Source: the human T2T-CHM13v2.0 reference genome, Homo sapiens | Assembly (NCBI RefSeq): GCF_009914755.1 | Contig: NC_060925.1 | DNA: 64,000 nucleotides | Direction: 5' to 3' (one strand) | In this document: positions 1 to 13,008 of the stretch, piece by piece | How the letters are laid out: each line of letters opens with the position of its first letter | How positions within the stretch are numbered: the stretch's first letter is position 1 | Position numbers and translations under genes: made by a program | Notes under the pieces: model-generated | What the model saw: the letters and a program-made list of their open reading frames with translations, nothing else | What the model was told of the DNA's origin: nothing | Databases searched by the model: none

Positions 1-96
1 GTTCCAAGTATTGCATGCACAAATATCACATGCTACATAACATGTACTAAAAAATTATTCATCCTGTACATTTATTTGCCCAATCTGGCAACCTTA
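1..96. mobile_element. MER53-like palindromic hAT MITE, one arm (cut by window edge)
   Basis: ATATTGCATG-like centre, TACTAAAAAATTATTC, ATCCTGTA...TTTATTTGCCCAATCTGGCAACCT terminus resemble the recalled MER53 arm. Confidence 0.6.
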
Positions 97-950
97 TCCA
101 GTCGTTCTAGTAAAAGTTCCTACATTCTACTTTTTAAAAATGCCACATAAGTGCTCAAAGACCTTTGATCCTTTGATGGTTGTTCATTGTCTATGGGATT
201 AATAATATTCCTTTAACCAGGCCTCTGGCCTCTGAGCCACAGGTCCCCTCTCTCCAGCTCCAGTCCACGTGGAAGCCTGGCCACTGATCGATGCAGTGCC
301 CCCTCCACTCATGCCTGGCCTGGTCCTGCAAATACCTGTAAGCAGCTGTGGGTAGGGGCAGGTAGCTTTGGTCCATGTTTGGCTTCTAAATCACATTACC
401 TTCATCCCCCACAAAAAGGTAAGTATCAGCTGGCCATGGAGCTCCTGCTGTCTTTTGCACAGAATCAAACCTCACACCTAAAAGAGAGAGGCCAAGCAGA
501 TTTTTCTTTACCTCTTCAGGACACCAAAAAGGTAATTCCCTTTTCCCTGGTCATGGAGGAGCTCAGAAAGAGCCTTATCAGAGATAAAGCCTTTGCAGTG
601 GGTCGTCAACCATCACTCACAGCCACTGCAGGCCCCAGCATCGGGTGATGGTGGAGCCCTGCTTGGTTTTTGTCGTGCTCTTTCAGCATTCCCACATTCC
701 TCAGCCTGAACATCTCCCCTGCTGCCTTTGGAGGTTTGAACAACTCCACACTGGAATACACTCGAAGGAGGGGCAGGACTTGGAGAAGGCAGAGAAGGGG
801 GCTGGTAGGAAAGTTGGAGGGGGGGGTGCTTGGAGCTCCCATTGTATCCTGGGAACCGTCTCTTGAGCCTGGGTCACCTCATCTAGAAAAACAGGAACCA
901 CAAGGTCTGCCTGCCCCTCAGGATAATGGTGAGGGTGCAGTGAGATGGTG

Positions 951-1020
951 CGTGGTAAGCCTCCCCCTGTACAGTCTGTCCTCGTCGTGGTAAGCCTCCC
1001 CCTGTACAGTCTGTCCTCGT
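951..1020. repeat. Perfect tandem duplication, 2 x 35 bp
   Basis: CGTGGTAAGCCTCCCCCTGTACAGTCTGTCCTCGT at 951-985 and 986-1020, no mismatches. Confidence 0.97.
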
Positions 1021-1866
1021 AAAGTTTCACTTCCTTTTCCTAGTGTACAGCCTGCAGTGGGGCATCTAGCCTCCTAGGGTTGGTTCTAGCCAAGTTGGTA
1101 TTGAGTTGAATGGTCTTCTGCCACTGAGCTGAGCCAAAGACCCCAAGCCTGGTGTCTAAAACCCCTCACTAAGAGCCCATCTTGGAGATAAGTCAGGGAC
1201 TGATGCCTCTGATTAGGCCGTCCCTCCCTGTCTTGGGGAATCAAGGTGACACGAGGAAACCCTCATTCAGCTTGCATTCTCCAAAAATAGCCTATCACTC
1301 ACCAAACTCTTCCCAGCTGTCATCCCAGTAAATTCCCCCAACAACCCTGAGGTTGGGCTCCGTTACCAGTCACGTTTTAAACAGCTAGTCACCAGGGCTC
1401 TTGGCTGTTGGATTTCACGGCCTGTGATCTTAACCCAGAGCCCTTAAGAAATTGGAGGTGAATTTTGGCTCCAAGGGCAGTCCCTGCTGCAAGCTTGGAA
1501 TTTCCATCCTTCCCTGCCTTTCATCTGGGAATAGAGAGGGGCCTGGACACCGCCACCTCCTGGTGCACTGAATGTACCCAGGCTTGCTTCAAAACCAGCC
1601 ACCTGGCTCCCACTCTCAGCAGTAAGTCCCCACTCCCTCACAACCACAATCTTTTTCCTGGGTGTTTTTTTTGTTTTTTCTTTCTGTGGCTCTGGCCTTC
1701 TCTCCCTGAAAATACAGTTTGCTGATATTAAAAACACACACACACAATCACAAACACATTTTATATAGTCTTTGAAGTCTACTGGCCTCAGGCTCCTGGA
1801 CTGATAAGTATGCAGATAGAGCGCAGACCAGAGCTGGGAAGACAGTACCCTGTGCAGGCGGAGGCA

Positions 1867-1891
1867 GGGGCCCCCGCGGGGGTGGGAAGGG
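1867..1891 (+). other. Canonical G-quadruplex motif
   Basis: GGGG-CCCCCGC-GGGGG-T-GGG-AA-GGG; motif only, folding not shown. Confidence 0.5.
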
Positions 1892-1949
1892 ACGGAGACG
1901 CCTATGGGTGCCAGAGGCAGGGCGTCCCACCCTGTTCATCTAAGCCTGA

Positions 1950-2377
<428 letters not shown>

Positions 2378-3479
2378 CATCAGGGATTCCCTCTCAAAAC
2401 AGGGAGGGGAAAAGGATGTTTCATGTGCCCCAAGGCCTCAGAGGGCATCTTCGTGCCCAGGAAAAAGATTAAGATGGGGAATTGTTGAGGTTCTGGGGTC
2501 AGTGTAGTTCTAGAAAAGAGGCACGTTTATAAATTGTGGCAGGCAGGGTAAAGAGGAGGGTACAGAACAGTAACCTCTGTCAGCCCCTTCAAAGCTGCTA
2601 CAAAGCTGCCTGGATAAGGACACTGCCCACCAGATACTCAGCAGAATCACTGGGGCAGTGATGCCCTCCTGGCACAGCAGCAGACGCCCAGCTCTTTGTA
2701 AACCCAGGGAAGGAAGGTGCCACCTTAAGGGAACTCCCAGGTTGATGAGCACAGGGCTGCAGGGAGAACCCAGACATTAGGACCTGATGGCCTGATGAGG
2801 TGGTGGAGGACAGAGCCCATGACCTCCTAGGTACTGAGAGCTCCCAGGCTGAGGAGAAAGCTCCAGCTCTTGTTTCACAGGGAAGTCCCCAGTGAAATAG
2901 GGGAAGGAGGACCTACATAAGCACAGGAAGCTCCGACGCAGAAGTCCTCTTCACTCTCAATTCTGCAGTCACCAAACCTGGCACCTCTTACCCATCCCCA
3001 GACTTGTGCCAAGGGGTCTCGCAGAGGAGCCTTCCCTACTTTCAATGCTTACTGTGTTGCTTTCAAAGCTTGGTCCCCGCATCTAGTCTGAATTCTCTGA
3101 CTGCCTTGGGTCCCTCAGAAAGAGACATCTGACCCCACTTCACTTCCACTTAACCTGCACTGTCCCATCCATCCCCATCACCCCTCTCCCCAATTCCACC
3201 CCACCCATCTGTACCACCCATCCCTGCAGCTTCTCAGCTCCCTAGTGTCCTCACCTTTGTACATGGCTTCCAGCAATGGAACCCCTGTTTGTGAGCTCAT
3301 CACTTGTCGAGGGCTGGGCTCCTGATCTCATCAGCTTCATCTCTCAGCTCCTAACACAGTGCCCAGCCACTATGTTTATCTCACATTAGCTACATGGCCC
3401 ATGTATGTTATCTCATCAATACATAGGAGACCAAGGCTCTGAGAAGCCTGACAACTCGCTCCCCCATCACCCGGGGAAT

Positions 3480-3775
3480 TCTTGTCATCCCTTACGTCAC
3501 AGCCTAAATGTCCCTTCCTTGGGGAAACTCTCTCTGACATCCCCCACCGCACCCCATCCTCCCCACTCCAATGCAGCATCTTGTGCATCTCTGTAGCACT
3601 AATCACAGTGGCATTTAATGAGTTGTTTCTGCAATGGTTTGCTCTCTCCCCACTCATGCATATGCTCCTCAAGGGATGGCAACATGTCTCTATTGTTTAC
3701 CACCCTGTCCTGAATGCAGGGGCCCTGACTCAGAGAAGACTCCGGGTAATTATTTACCATTTGAAGAATGAATGG
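3480..3775 (+). mobile_element. L2 3' fragment
   Basis: AAATGTCCCTTCCTTGGGGAAAC-type L2 motif, TAGCACTAATCACAGT, ends in GAAGAATGAATG tail. Confidence 0.6.
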
Positions 3776-3929
3776 CTTCCTAAGTTTGTGCACCTAGAGC
3801 TCTCTGGCCTTCAGCTGCTTCATCTGTAAGTAGGCGGAGCCTTAGGTCCCCAGGACTAGCTCACTCTTAAGATGACTTCTCATTCTTAGGTCCTAGAAAA
3901 TGCTTTTTAAAATTCCATCTTCCTTTCCC

Positions 3930-4420
3930 AAATGGAAACAACAATGTCATACCAATCAGGTTGGAAAAAAAATGAGAAATTTGGATAATGCCATGTGCTG
4001 AGTACCAGTGTCCTCGAAGAAACCTGTCAGTATTCAGGGAAATGAAGTACTGCACGCCTTCTGACCCCACCATCCCACTCCTGGGGAGACTCCGGGGAAA
4101 CACTCACGTGGTCCCAGTGGGTCACCCACATGGTGGGGCATCGGAGGCAATCTAGTGTCCACCCCTGGAACAGCGGACATCTCTAGAGAAACTCTGCAGC
4201 AGTCAGAAACATCGAATGAGATAATGCACAGCAACTCAGGTAGATCTTAAAAACATGGTGTTAAGTGAAAAAATTAAGCAACAGAATGAGATCTATAGCC
4301 CAATACAATTTATGTAAATTAAAACACATTCGCACAATAAACAACACCATATATTTTATAGGCACCATCCGTATCTGAGGACATATATTAGAGATTTTAG
4401 AGTGGAGCTACAGAGGGGGC
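3930..4420 (+). mobile_element. Old L1 (L1ME-type) 3' fragment
   Basis: TGACCCCACCATCCCACTCCTGG, GATCTTAAAAACATGGTGTTAAGTGAAAAAA, ATTTATGTAAATT typical of the L1M ORF2 end/3' UTR. Confidence 0.7.
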
Positions 4421-4666
4421 AGTCAGGAGGGGCCAGGCAATAGCATCAGGGAGAAGGAGAAAAATCGAACAAAGCAAAACAAGAGTGAGGCTGTGTGAGA
4501 TCAGGATGTTAATGGATGGTGAGTTGAACGTTGTGTTGGACTTGGACTAATCCAACTCTCTTTTCAAGGTGAATGTAATGACTGATTAACGAACGAAGAC
4601 TCCACCTTCTCTTCCTCTCGTGGATCCCAGCGAACTTCCAGGGCATGGGTTGGCATAGGTTTGAAG

Positions 4667-4878
4667 AAGGTTTCTCGGCCTCTGCACTGTCTACATTTTG
4701 GGCCCGCTGAGTCTTTGTAGTTGGGGCTGGCCTGTGCATTGTAGGATGTTTAGCAGTTTCCCTGGTGTCCACCTACCAGATGCCAGTTGCACCTACCAAG
4801 TTCTGACACCCAAAATGTCTTCAGACATCGCCAAATGTCCCCTGGGGGACAAAAATCACCCCTGGTTGAGAACCACTG
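4667..4878 (-). mobile_element. MER20 (hAT-Charlie DNA transposon)
   Basis: GTGCATTGTAGGATGTTTAGCAG...CCAAATGTCCCCTGGGGGACAAAAATCACCCCTGGTTGAGAACCACTG is the reverse complement of the MER20 consensus. Confidence 0.92.
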
Positions 4879-6364
4879 GGTTGGAATACAAGCCTGAAAA
4901 ACCGCTCCCAGTCTGCCAGGTAAGTGACCCACACTTGCTTTACAAAACCCCATGCACGGAGCAACAGAACCTTGGGACCTGGGACTAAGCTTGTAGCTCC
5001 GTGTTGAAAGCCTGCAGCGTCACTTGCATTTTAAATCAAGGCTCGGTGGAGATTCCAGTTACAGCCTGCAACTGCATCTGCCTTGGCCTTCCTCCTAATT
5101 TTAACCAGCAGCTGGATTTGCATAGGACATTTGCATCTGAAATTACCCATGATTCTTTGGGAGCCATAGTCTACAGCAGATGATGGCAAAAAATATATAT
5201 AATTCCATTTCAGCTTGCAAAGTAGGGGGGAGGAAGGAGATGAAGACTTCAGGGAGGGAGGGTACTTTAAGAAAATTTCAGTGCTTTATATAATTGGTTA
5301 GAGAGGTTGGAAATAGATGCCCTGCTGGTCACTGGCAGAGAGAACTGTCCTGGCAATTCGTATGTGAATTAATGACTCAAAGAGTGAATGCATGAGGTCC
5401 CCTGAGACTCCCCCAGGAGCGAGCTACTGACCCAAGTGGAGGCAGGCAGAGGAGAGGGAAGGATGGTGCAGACCTGTGTACAGAACAGCACACAGCCCAG
5501 CCCCAGGCCTCCAGGAGCCCAGCCACCCGCTAGCACTGGCCGGCCCGGGAGCCTGCCACATGCCCGAGAGCACTCACTAAGTGCCTTCCCACCGTGGGCC
5601 ATTTCATCACACAGCCCCACCCCTCTTGATGAAGGCATCGTTCCCCTCATTTAGAAGAGGAGGAGGTGGAGATTCCCAAGTCTCACTCTCAGTAAAGAGC
5701 AGAGCCTGAATTGGAAGGAAATTCTGCCAGACTCTAAAACCAGTGCTCCTTCCACTAAGACCCTCAGTGGGTCATTTGCTGACTTGCAAAGTTAATATAC
5801 AGGCAAAAGCATGGCAGGTCATGCCAACAGGAGCAGACGACCCCTCCTTTACAGTTCAGCAGTTTCTGCTCAACCCAAGATTTGGCCAGGCCTGGGTTCC
5901 AGAATGTAAAAGCAGACATCTGCAAGCCATGCCCTAAATTCCAGGTGAGGTGTGTCTGTGCCACATGGGCTAAGGCTTAACTGGCACCTTCCTGGTTGCC
6001 ATCTGCAGACACCAAGGTTAACCACACCCTCCACTTGCTGCCCCAGGGCCTTGCAGTCCTCTGTGATTGCATTACTTATTCTTTCTACATCTCTCTCCCC
6101 TACTAGACCGTAACATCTTGGGGGCAGAGATCATGACCGGCTCATCTATGTCTCTATCCCAGAGCTCCAGAAATATATGTGCTATAAACTGAGCTAATTT
6201 GGGGCTGGGAGCAGGAGACTAACCAATCTGTGTCATTCCAGTTGAAATGCTATCTTGTCCAGGAATAGTTTCTTGATTTTCCCAGGAGGAAGTACATCTT
6301 AGGTGAGACCTTCCCCTAAGCCATGGGTAGCAGAAGCACTTTCCACCTTGTGCACTTGATCCCC

Positions 6365-6805
6365 TTGAATATGCTGAAGACTCCTCAAAGGAAAGGGTCT
6401 TGCCCAATTGTTTTTGCATTTTCAGTGCCTAGAACAGGGTTTTGCATAGAGGAAATAGAACATGAATGGATAGATGGATGGATGGATGGATGGATGGATG
6501 GATAGATGGATAAATAGTTGATGAAAAAGTAAGAAGGCAGGCAGATGGTTGGATAGGCATTTGGTTGAGTGGTGATTTAGTAGTTAAGTGGATAGACAGA
6601 TAGATGGATTTATGGATGAATTGGAAGATAGACAGATGGATGGATGGAACAAGGGTTTGATGTCTGCGTGTTTGGATGTGAGAGAGTGAGCAGGCCAAAG
6701 ATGATTGGATGGGTGGGTGCAAGGTTGAGTGGGTAGGTTGATGGTTTGGACGGTGAGTTAAGTGTATATTGGGTGGGTGGTGAAGATCTGGATGGGTAGA
6801 TCCAT
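6365..6805 (+). repeat. L2 3' end running into degenerate (TGGA)n simple repeat
   Basis: CAGTGCCTAGAACAG L2 terminus, then GGAT units from about 6468, decaying to about 6805. Confidence 0.8.
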
Positions 6806-7899
6806 GTGGTATAATAGAGTGGCTGGCTGGTGTGGTAATGGTTGCATAAAGACACAAAGTGTCTTTTCACCTTCCAATGTTATGCTCAGACTCCTAAGTA
6901 AAACACTTCCTTTGTACTCCTTTTTTCCATATCCTACTTTTAAGTCCTCCTTCCTCTCCCACTCTCTTCCATCCTCCTAAGCAGGAGCTCTAGGATGCCA
7001 GATGGAAGCTTCCCAGGGAGTTCAGCTCCAGTCCCTGCCTGTGTGCTAAGCACTCCACATTGTGCAGAGATTTAATACTTAACTCCAGCCTCTCCCCACT
7101 CCTTACCTGCCTGAGGAGGTAGAGGCAGCGATTTGCATATTTATTAAATATCTCTTAGCAGGATCCACAAGCCGCATTGCTACATCCCGCTCCCAGAGCC
7201 TTCCTGCTGGCAGACAAGACCGTGTGCCATCAGCACTGCATCACGGCCTGTTAAATAGCTGTTCCAGGGCCCAGGAGGCTCGGAGGGAGCCAGGGGCCAT
7301 GGGGAGGGTGGGGAAGGCAGAGGCCATGCAGCCAAGGAGGGCCTAGAGGCCTGGCATGTGGCTGTCTCACACTTGCTTAATAGTGGGGGCTTCTGTCCAT
7401 GGCCCAGGCAGAAAGGGCTCTGGGGGCATCTGTTTCAGACCCCTGCCTCCATGTGGGCACCCTGGAAATCAACCCTTCCCTTAGAAAATTCCCAGAGGAG
7501 GACATTTTGAAGGATCTTTATTTTGAGTTTCTTCTGCTGCTTGGCTTATTTGGAAATTCTACCTAGTGTCTGAACAGAAGTGTGCCTGCCTTTGCACAAG
7601 CCCCATTCTGGTAGGCTGTCTTAGGTCGAAAGGGAAAACAAACATTCATAAGCATGGCTGGGGTGTCCTCCCCAAGGCAGAGTCATCCTATAAGGTCTGG
7701 CCCTAGATCTAAATCTCCAGGGCCTTGGGCATCAATCAGTCCCTCTTCTGTCTAGAAAGGCGCTCTCGAGGGTAGAAACTGGGTGTCTTTCTGGGGACCA
7801 GGAGCTCTCTGCACTAAACTGGGATGAACCTCTTCCGCTGGGCTCCCTGACTCTTCTTCCTGTCTCCTCTCACAGTTCCTAGATCAGGGTTCAAATCCA

Positions 7900-8140
7900 A
7901 GAATATAGTATGTAGAGTCAAACTATCCAGATGCTAATCTCTGCCCCACCTCTTACTAGCTGGGTGGCCTTAGGTAAGCAATAGAACCTCTCAGCCTCAG
8001 TTTTGTCATCTGTAAAATGCAGACGATGACAACACCCACCTCCTGAGGTTATTATGCAGAGTAAGTACAATGAAGGGCTTTCGGGCTTAGCATAGTACCT
8101 GGTTCTGATGTAGACATTGAGAAGACGTTGTTTGTTATTG
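7900..8140 (+). mobile_element. MIR SINE
   Basis: CTTACTAGCTGGGTGGCCTTAGGTAAG...CAGCCTCAGTTTTGTCATCTGTAAAATG MIR core. Confidence 0.85.
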
Positions 8141-8873
8141 CTACAGGCTCCCAGAAAGTTCTAGGTGCAAAGTGCGGCTGGCGGCCCACCTGCCTTTCCT
8201 AGGGCGTGAGAAAGAGTGGAGAGGTTCCTACCTATTCTGTCTGCTGACTGTGCTGAGCATGTATCCTCACAACAACCCTGCACAGTAATTACTTCAAACA
8301 CTCCTATTTTATACATGCAAAAACTCAGTCCCGGGGTAGAAGGGAAATGCATGAGACCACATGAGTTGGGAACCCACATGTCTCTTTATCTCTTCCCAGA
8401 CAAGTTATGAGGGATCCCCTGCCCCAGGAACAGCCTAAGATCTCAAGAAGAGGAAGAGGAAACCCACAAACAAACAGCTTTTCCAGCTTCATCTGCCCCC
8501 ACCTCCCCCAGCCCTGGACTGGTGGGATCCAGAAGGAAGGGCCCAAACTGGAGCCTCATAAACCTTCCCAAAAGCCCTCATAAACACCAGGCCTGGCCGG
8601 TGCCATGTCTGGTGCTGCAAAAAGCAAAATCTCTGGTTGTAAAGTAATCCTCATAAAAAAAGGAGAGAAAAGAAAAAAACCTATGTGATAAATACAGTAA
8701 TGACCTCTAGGAAACAAGGAAAAGGAGCCCAAGTTCCTAAGACTGCAAAGGGAAGCGGGGTTTCAGCCCCAGCAGACACCACCCAAAAGGTACCAAGCTC
8801 AGGGAGCCTGGTGGCCCAAGCCAGGAGAGTGGCTGGGGGTGGCTGGGAGTGGAAAATGGAAATGAAGAATAGA

Positions 8874-11423
8874 GCTGCTGCTGCTGCTGCTGGTGATGGA
8901 GATGGTGATGGTGATGGTGATGGTGATGCTGGTGCTGATGGTGATAATAATGGTGATGGTGATGGTGATAGTGATGCTGCTGCTGATATTGATAATGATG
9001 GTGATGATGGTGATGCTGGTGATGGTAATAGTGGTGATGGTGATGATAATGGTAATGATAATCCTGGTGCTGCTGATAGTGATGGTGATGCTGGTAATAG
9101 TGATGGTGGTGGTGATGGTGATGGTGATGGTGATGCTGCTGGGCTGGTGGTGATAGTGATGGTGCTGATGATGGTGATGCTAGTGATAGTGATGGTGATG
9201 GCGATGATGATGCTGATGGTGGTGGTGATGCTGGTGATGGTGGTGATGGTGATGGTGCTGATGATGCTGGTGATGGTGATGGTGCTGGTAGTGTGGTGGT
9301 GGTGATGGTGGTGATGCTGGTGATAGTGATGGTGATGGTGCTGGTGGTGGTGGTGATGGTGCTAGTGGTGGTGATGTTGGTGATGGTGCTGGTGGTGTTG
9401 GTGATGGTGATGGTGATAGTGATGCTGGTGATGGTGATGGTGCTGGTGGTGGTGGTGCTGGTGCTGGTGGTAGTGATGATAATGGTGCTGGTTGTGATGC
9501 TGGTGATAGTGATGGTGCTGGTGCTGGTGGTAGTGATGCTGGTGATAGTGATGGTGATAGTGCTGGTGGTGATGGTGATAGTGATGGTGTTAGTGTTTGT
9601 TATGCTGGTGATGGTGATGGTGATGGTGTTGGTGTTTGTGATGCTGGTGATGGTGATGGTGCTGGTGGTGGTGATGCTGGTGATGGTGATGGTGCTGGTG
9701 GTGATGCTGGTGATGGTGGTAATGGTGATGGTGGTGATGATGCTGGTGATGATGGTGGTGCTGGTGGTGTGGTGGTGATGCTAGTCATAGTGATGGTGCT
9801 GGTGGTGATGGTGATGATGCTGGTGGTGGTAAAGCTGGTGATAGTGATGGTGATGGTTCTGGTGGTGGTGATGCTGGTGATGGTGCTGGTGGTGATGCTG
9901 GTGATAGTGACGGTGATGGTCCTGGTGATAGTGATTCTGGTAATGGTGCTGGTGGTGATGTTGGTGATAGTGATGGTGCTGGTGGTGGTGGTGGTGATGC
10001 TGGTGATGGTGCTGGTGGGGATGGTGATGGTGATAGTTCTAGTGGTAGTGGTGCTGGTGATAGTGATGGTGCTGGTGGTGATGGTGATGGTGCTGCTGCT
10101 GGTGATGGTGATGGTGGTGGTGATACTGATGATGGTGATGGTGCTGGTGGTGATGGTGATGATGCTGGTGGTGGTGATGCTGGTGATGGTGATGCTGGGG
10201 ATGGTGATGGTGACGGTGTTAGTGGTAGAGGTGCTGGTGATAGTGATAGTGCTGGAGGTGATGGTGCTGTTGCTCGTGGTGGTGCTGGTGGTGACGGTGA
10301 TGGTGATGGTGGTGGTGATACTGATGATGGTGATGGTGTTGGTGCTGGTGGTGATGGTGCTGGTGGTGATGGTGATGATGCTGGTGGTGGTGATGCTGAT
10401 GATGGTAATGGTGATGGTACTGGTGGTGATAGTGATGGTGATGGTACTGGTGGTGGTGATGCTGGTGATGGTGATGGTGGGGATGGTGATGGTGCTGGTG
10501 GTAGTGGTGCTGGTGATAGTGATGGTGCTGGTGGTGATGGTGCTGTTGCTGGTGGTGCTGCTGCTGGTAATGGTGATGGTCATGGTGGTGGTGATACTGA
10601 TGATGGTGATGGTGGTGATGGTGATGGTGCTGGTGGTGGTGATGCTGGTGGTAGTGATGGTGATGGTACTGGTGGTGATAGTGATGGTGATGGTGCTGGG
10701 TAGTGATGGTGATGGTGCTGGTGGTGGTGATGCTGGTGATGGTGATGGTACTGGTTGTGATAGTGATGGTGATGGTGCTGGTGGTAATGGTGATGGTGCT
10801 GCTGCTGGTGATGGTGATGGTGGTGGTGATGCTGGTGATAGTGATGGTACTGCTGGTGATGGTGATGGTGGTGGTGATACTGATGATGGTGATGGTGGTA
10901 ATGGTAATGGTGCTGCTGGTGGTGATGCTGGTGATGGTGATGGTACTGGTGGTTATGGTGATGGTGATGGTGGTGGTGATACTGATCATGGTGATGGTGA
11001 TTGTGCTGCTGGTGGTGATGCTGGTGATGGTGATGGTACTGGTGGTGATGGTGATGGCGTGGTGTTGATGGTGATACTGCTGGTGCATGTGCTGGTGATG
11101 GTGCTGCTGGTGATAGTGATGATGTTGGTGGTGATGGCACTGCTGCTGATACTGATGGTGATGGTGATGGTGCTTGTGGCGGTGATGTTGGTGATAGTGA
11201 TGATGACGGTGATGGTAATGGTGATGATGATGGTGATGGTGATGCTGTGGTGTTGATGGTGATACTGCTGGTGCATGTGCTGGTGATGGTGCTGCTGGTG
11301 ATAGTGATGATGTTGGTGGTGATGGCATTTCTGCTAGTACTGGTGGTGATGGTGATGGTGACGGTGATAGTGCTGGTGGTGATGGTGATGGTGGTAGTGT
11401 TGGTGGTGATGGTGATGGTGATG
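8874..11423. repeat. ~2.55-kb compound triplet array (GGT/GAT/GCT/AGT)n
   Basis: Continuous triplet mosaic with only a few phase shifts (near 9141, 9291, 9768, 10698, 11058, 11246). Confidence 0.98.
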
Positions 11424-11429
11424 ACAGCA

Positions 11430-11600
11430 CTGAAGTAGCTTCTGTGAGACTTATATTCATGCCCACCCCCTCGATGGCACCTCTTAACAGTCTCTAAGTT
11501 TCCAGGCTAGGAATCCTATTGTATAGATGTAGAAACTGAGGTCAAGGAGAGCAGGAACTCTCATCCAGAGTTCAGGCCTGCTACCTGCTCTGTGACCCCA
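11430..11600 (-). mobile_element. MIR fragment (tail towards the array)
   Basis: CCTATTGTATAGATGTAGAAACTGAGGTCAAGGAGAG is the antisense MIR core. Confidence 0.6.
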
Positions 11601-12854
11601 CATTGCTGCTCTTGTGAGCCTGAGGAGAGATAGGGGCAGCCACACCCCCATGCTAAGGAATTGCCAAGGCTTGGGGGGTAGGCGTGGCTATGGGATCTTA
11701 GGTGGGGGCCTGCACATCCTACAGCCTCTGTTTGTCATCTGTACATTGGGGATGTTCACTCTTACCTCACCTGGGGAGGAGGAAATGAGCTAAGAGATGG
11801 ACAGGGCCTGAGGGTCTGGCGTGAGCTAGGGGGTCTGTAAATGAGACCTATGGAAACCCAGGGTGGGACACTTAGAATCAGGATGCAGTGAGGCACCCAG
11901 GCCCAGGGGACAGGGGGATGTTTTTGGGTGGGGACAGATGTCGCCAACTTAGTGCTGGCATAAAACACCTTTGCCATCTTCAGCCCCTGAACAAGGCAGC
12001 CCTGCTCAGCAGCGAGTCTCCCAACCCTGACAACTCGCCCCCTTCCTTCCCTTGTTCAATATTTCCATTTCCATGCTTATCTCTTCCGTGAGCGCCTCTC
12101 CTTCTCCCTCTGCTGCCCCCTCGGCTTTTGTCTGCCAGGCTCTGGCTTCTCCATCTTTCTGCAGTACTGACAATCTCCTTTGCTCTCTCTCCCCAGGTGT
12201 GGGAGACTATTGTCCCTCCTGCTATCAGAGGCTGGCTCTGCCTTTCCCCATTTAAGACAACACTGCCCCTGCCTCTCCTTGCTCTCTCTGGGGCCCTGTG
12301 GGGGACTTGGACTCTGCCCACATCCAGTCCAAGCCTTAGTTGCTTGGGGAAGTCTCCCTTTGGTCTCCAGCCCAAAGCCCTAGGAAGCTCCCTTTAAGTG
12401 AAGAGGGACTCCTGCCTCCCACACACCCCTTCATAGAGCCCTACCCCATCTACAGGGAGGGCTCAGTATGGAACCATCCCTGCTGCAGCACATCCACCCA
12501 CTTTTTACAAATCTGTCCCCCTCCCGTCTCCCAGCAGGACAGGGCCAAGGGACCACACTTTGCTATCTTCTTCTCTGCCCAGTGCAGGCACTTAGGAAGG
12601 CATGTTTGCATGCATGAGACTCTCCGGTAAATGAGCCCCTGACATAGGGGCCTCCGAGGTGGAGACAGTGCCAGCCCTGCCCCTACGCTCACCTCCGCCA
12701 CTCCTCACCTCCTGCCCAGACTCAAAACAAGTGCAACAAAGCACAAAGCAATGTCCTCTCAAACCCCTGTCCCCCAAAACCCTGCCAAAGGATGCTGTGG
12801 AAAGGAGAGGGTCCTGCCCTGTGTGAGATGGGGTGGGAGGGGAGCTTCCAGAAG

Positions 12855-13000
12855 CTTTTGTCTTATCACGTGTAACATGGAATCATAGAACTTACAGGGC
12901 TGCTGGGAGGCCCAAATGAGTTCATAAATATAAAGCATTTGTAGCAGTGCTTGGCACATTGTAAATAAGCATAAGAGTGTAATACAAGTGTTTGCTACTG
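12855..13000 (+). mobile_element. MIR 3' half (tail towards the second array)
   Basis: ACAGGGCTGCTGGGAGGCCCAAATGAG...TAAAGCATTTGTAGCAGTGCTTGGCACATTGTAA. Confidence 0.7.
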
Positions 13001-13008
13001 CCTTTTCT

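Noticed and set aside
951-1020. 35-bp repeat as a CRISPR-like array (likewise 51925-52038)
   Set aside because: Only two head-to-tail copies, no spacers, no cas genes, and human DNA context.
8685-11466. Long ORFs (up to 495 aa) rich in Val/Met, Gly/Asp, Thr/Ile or His
   Set aside because: Overlapping frames on both strands are open because the triplet array has few stops; no domain content or gene structure.
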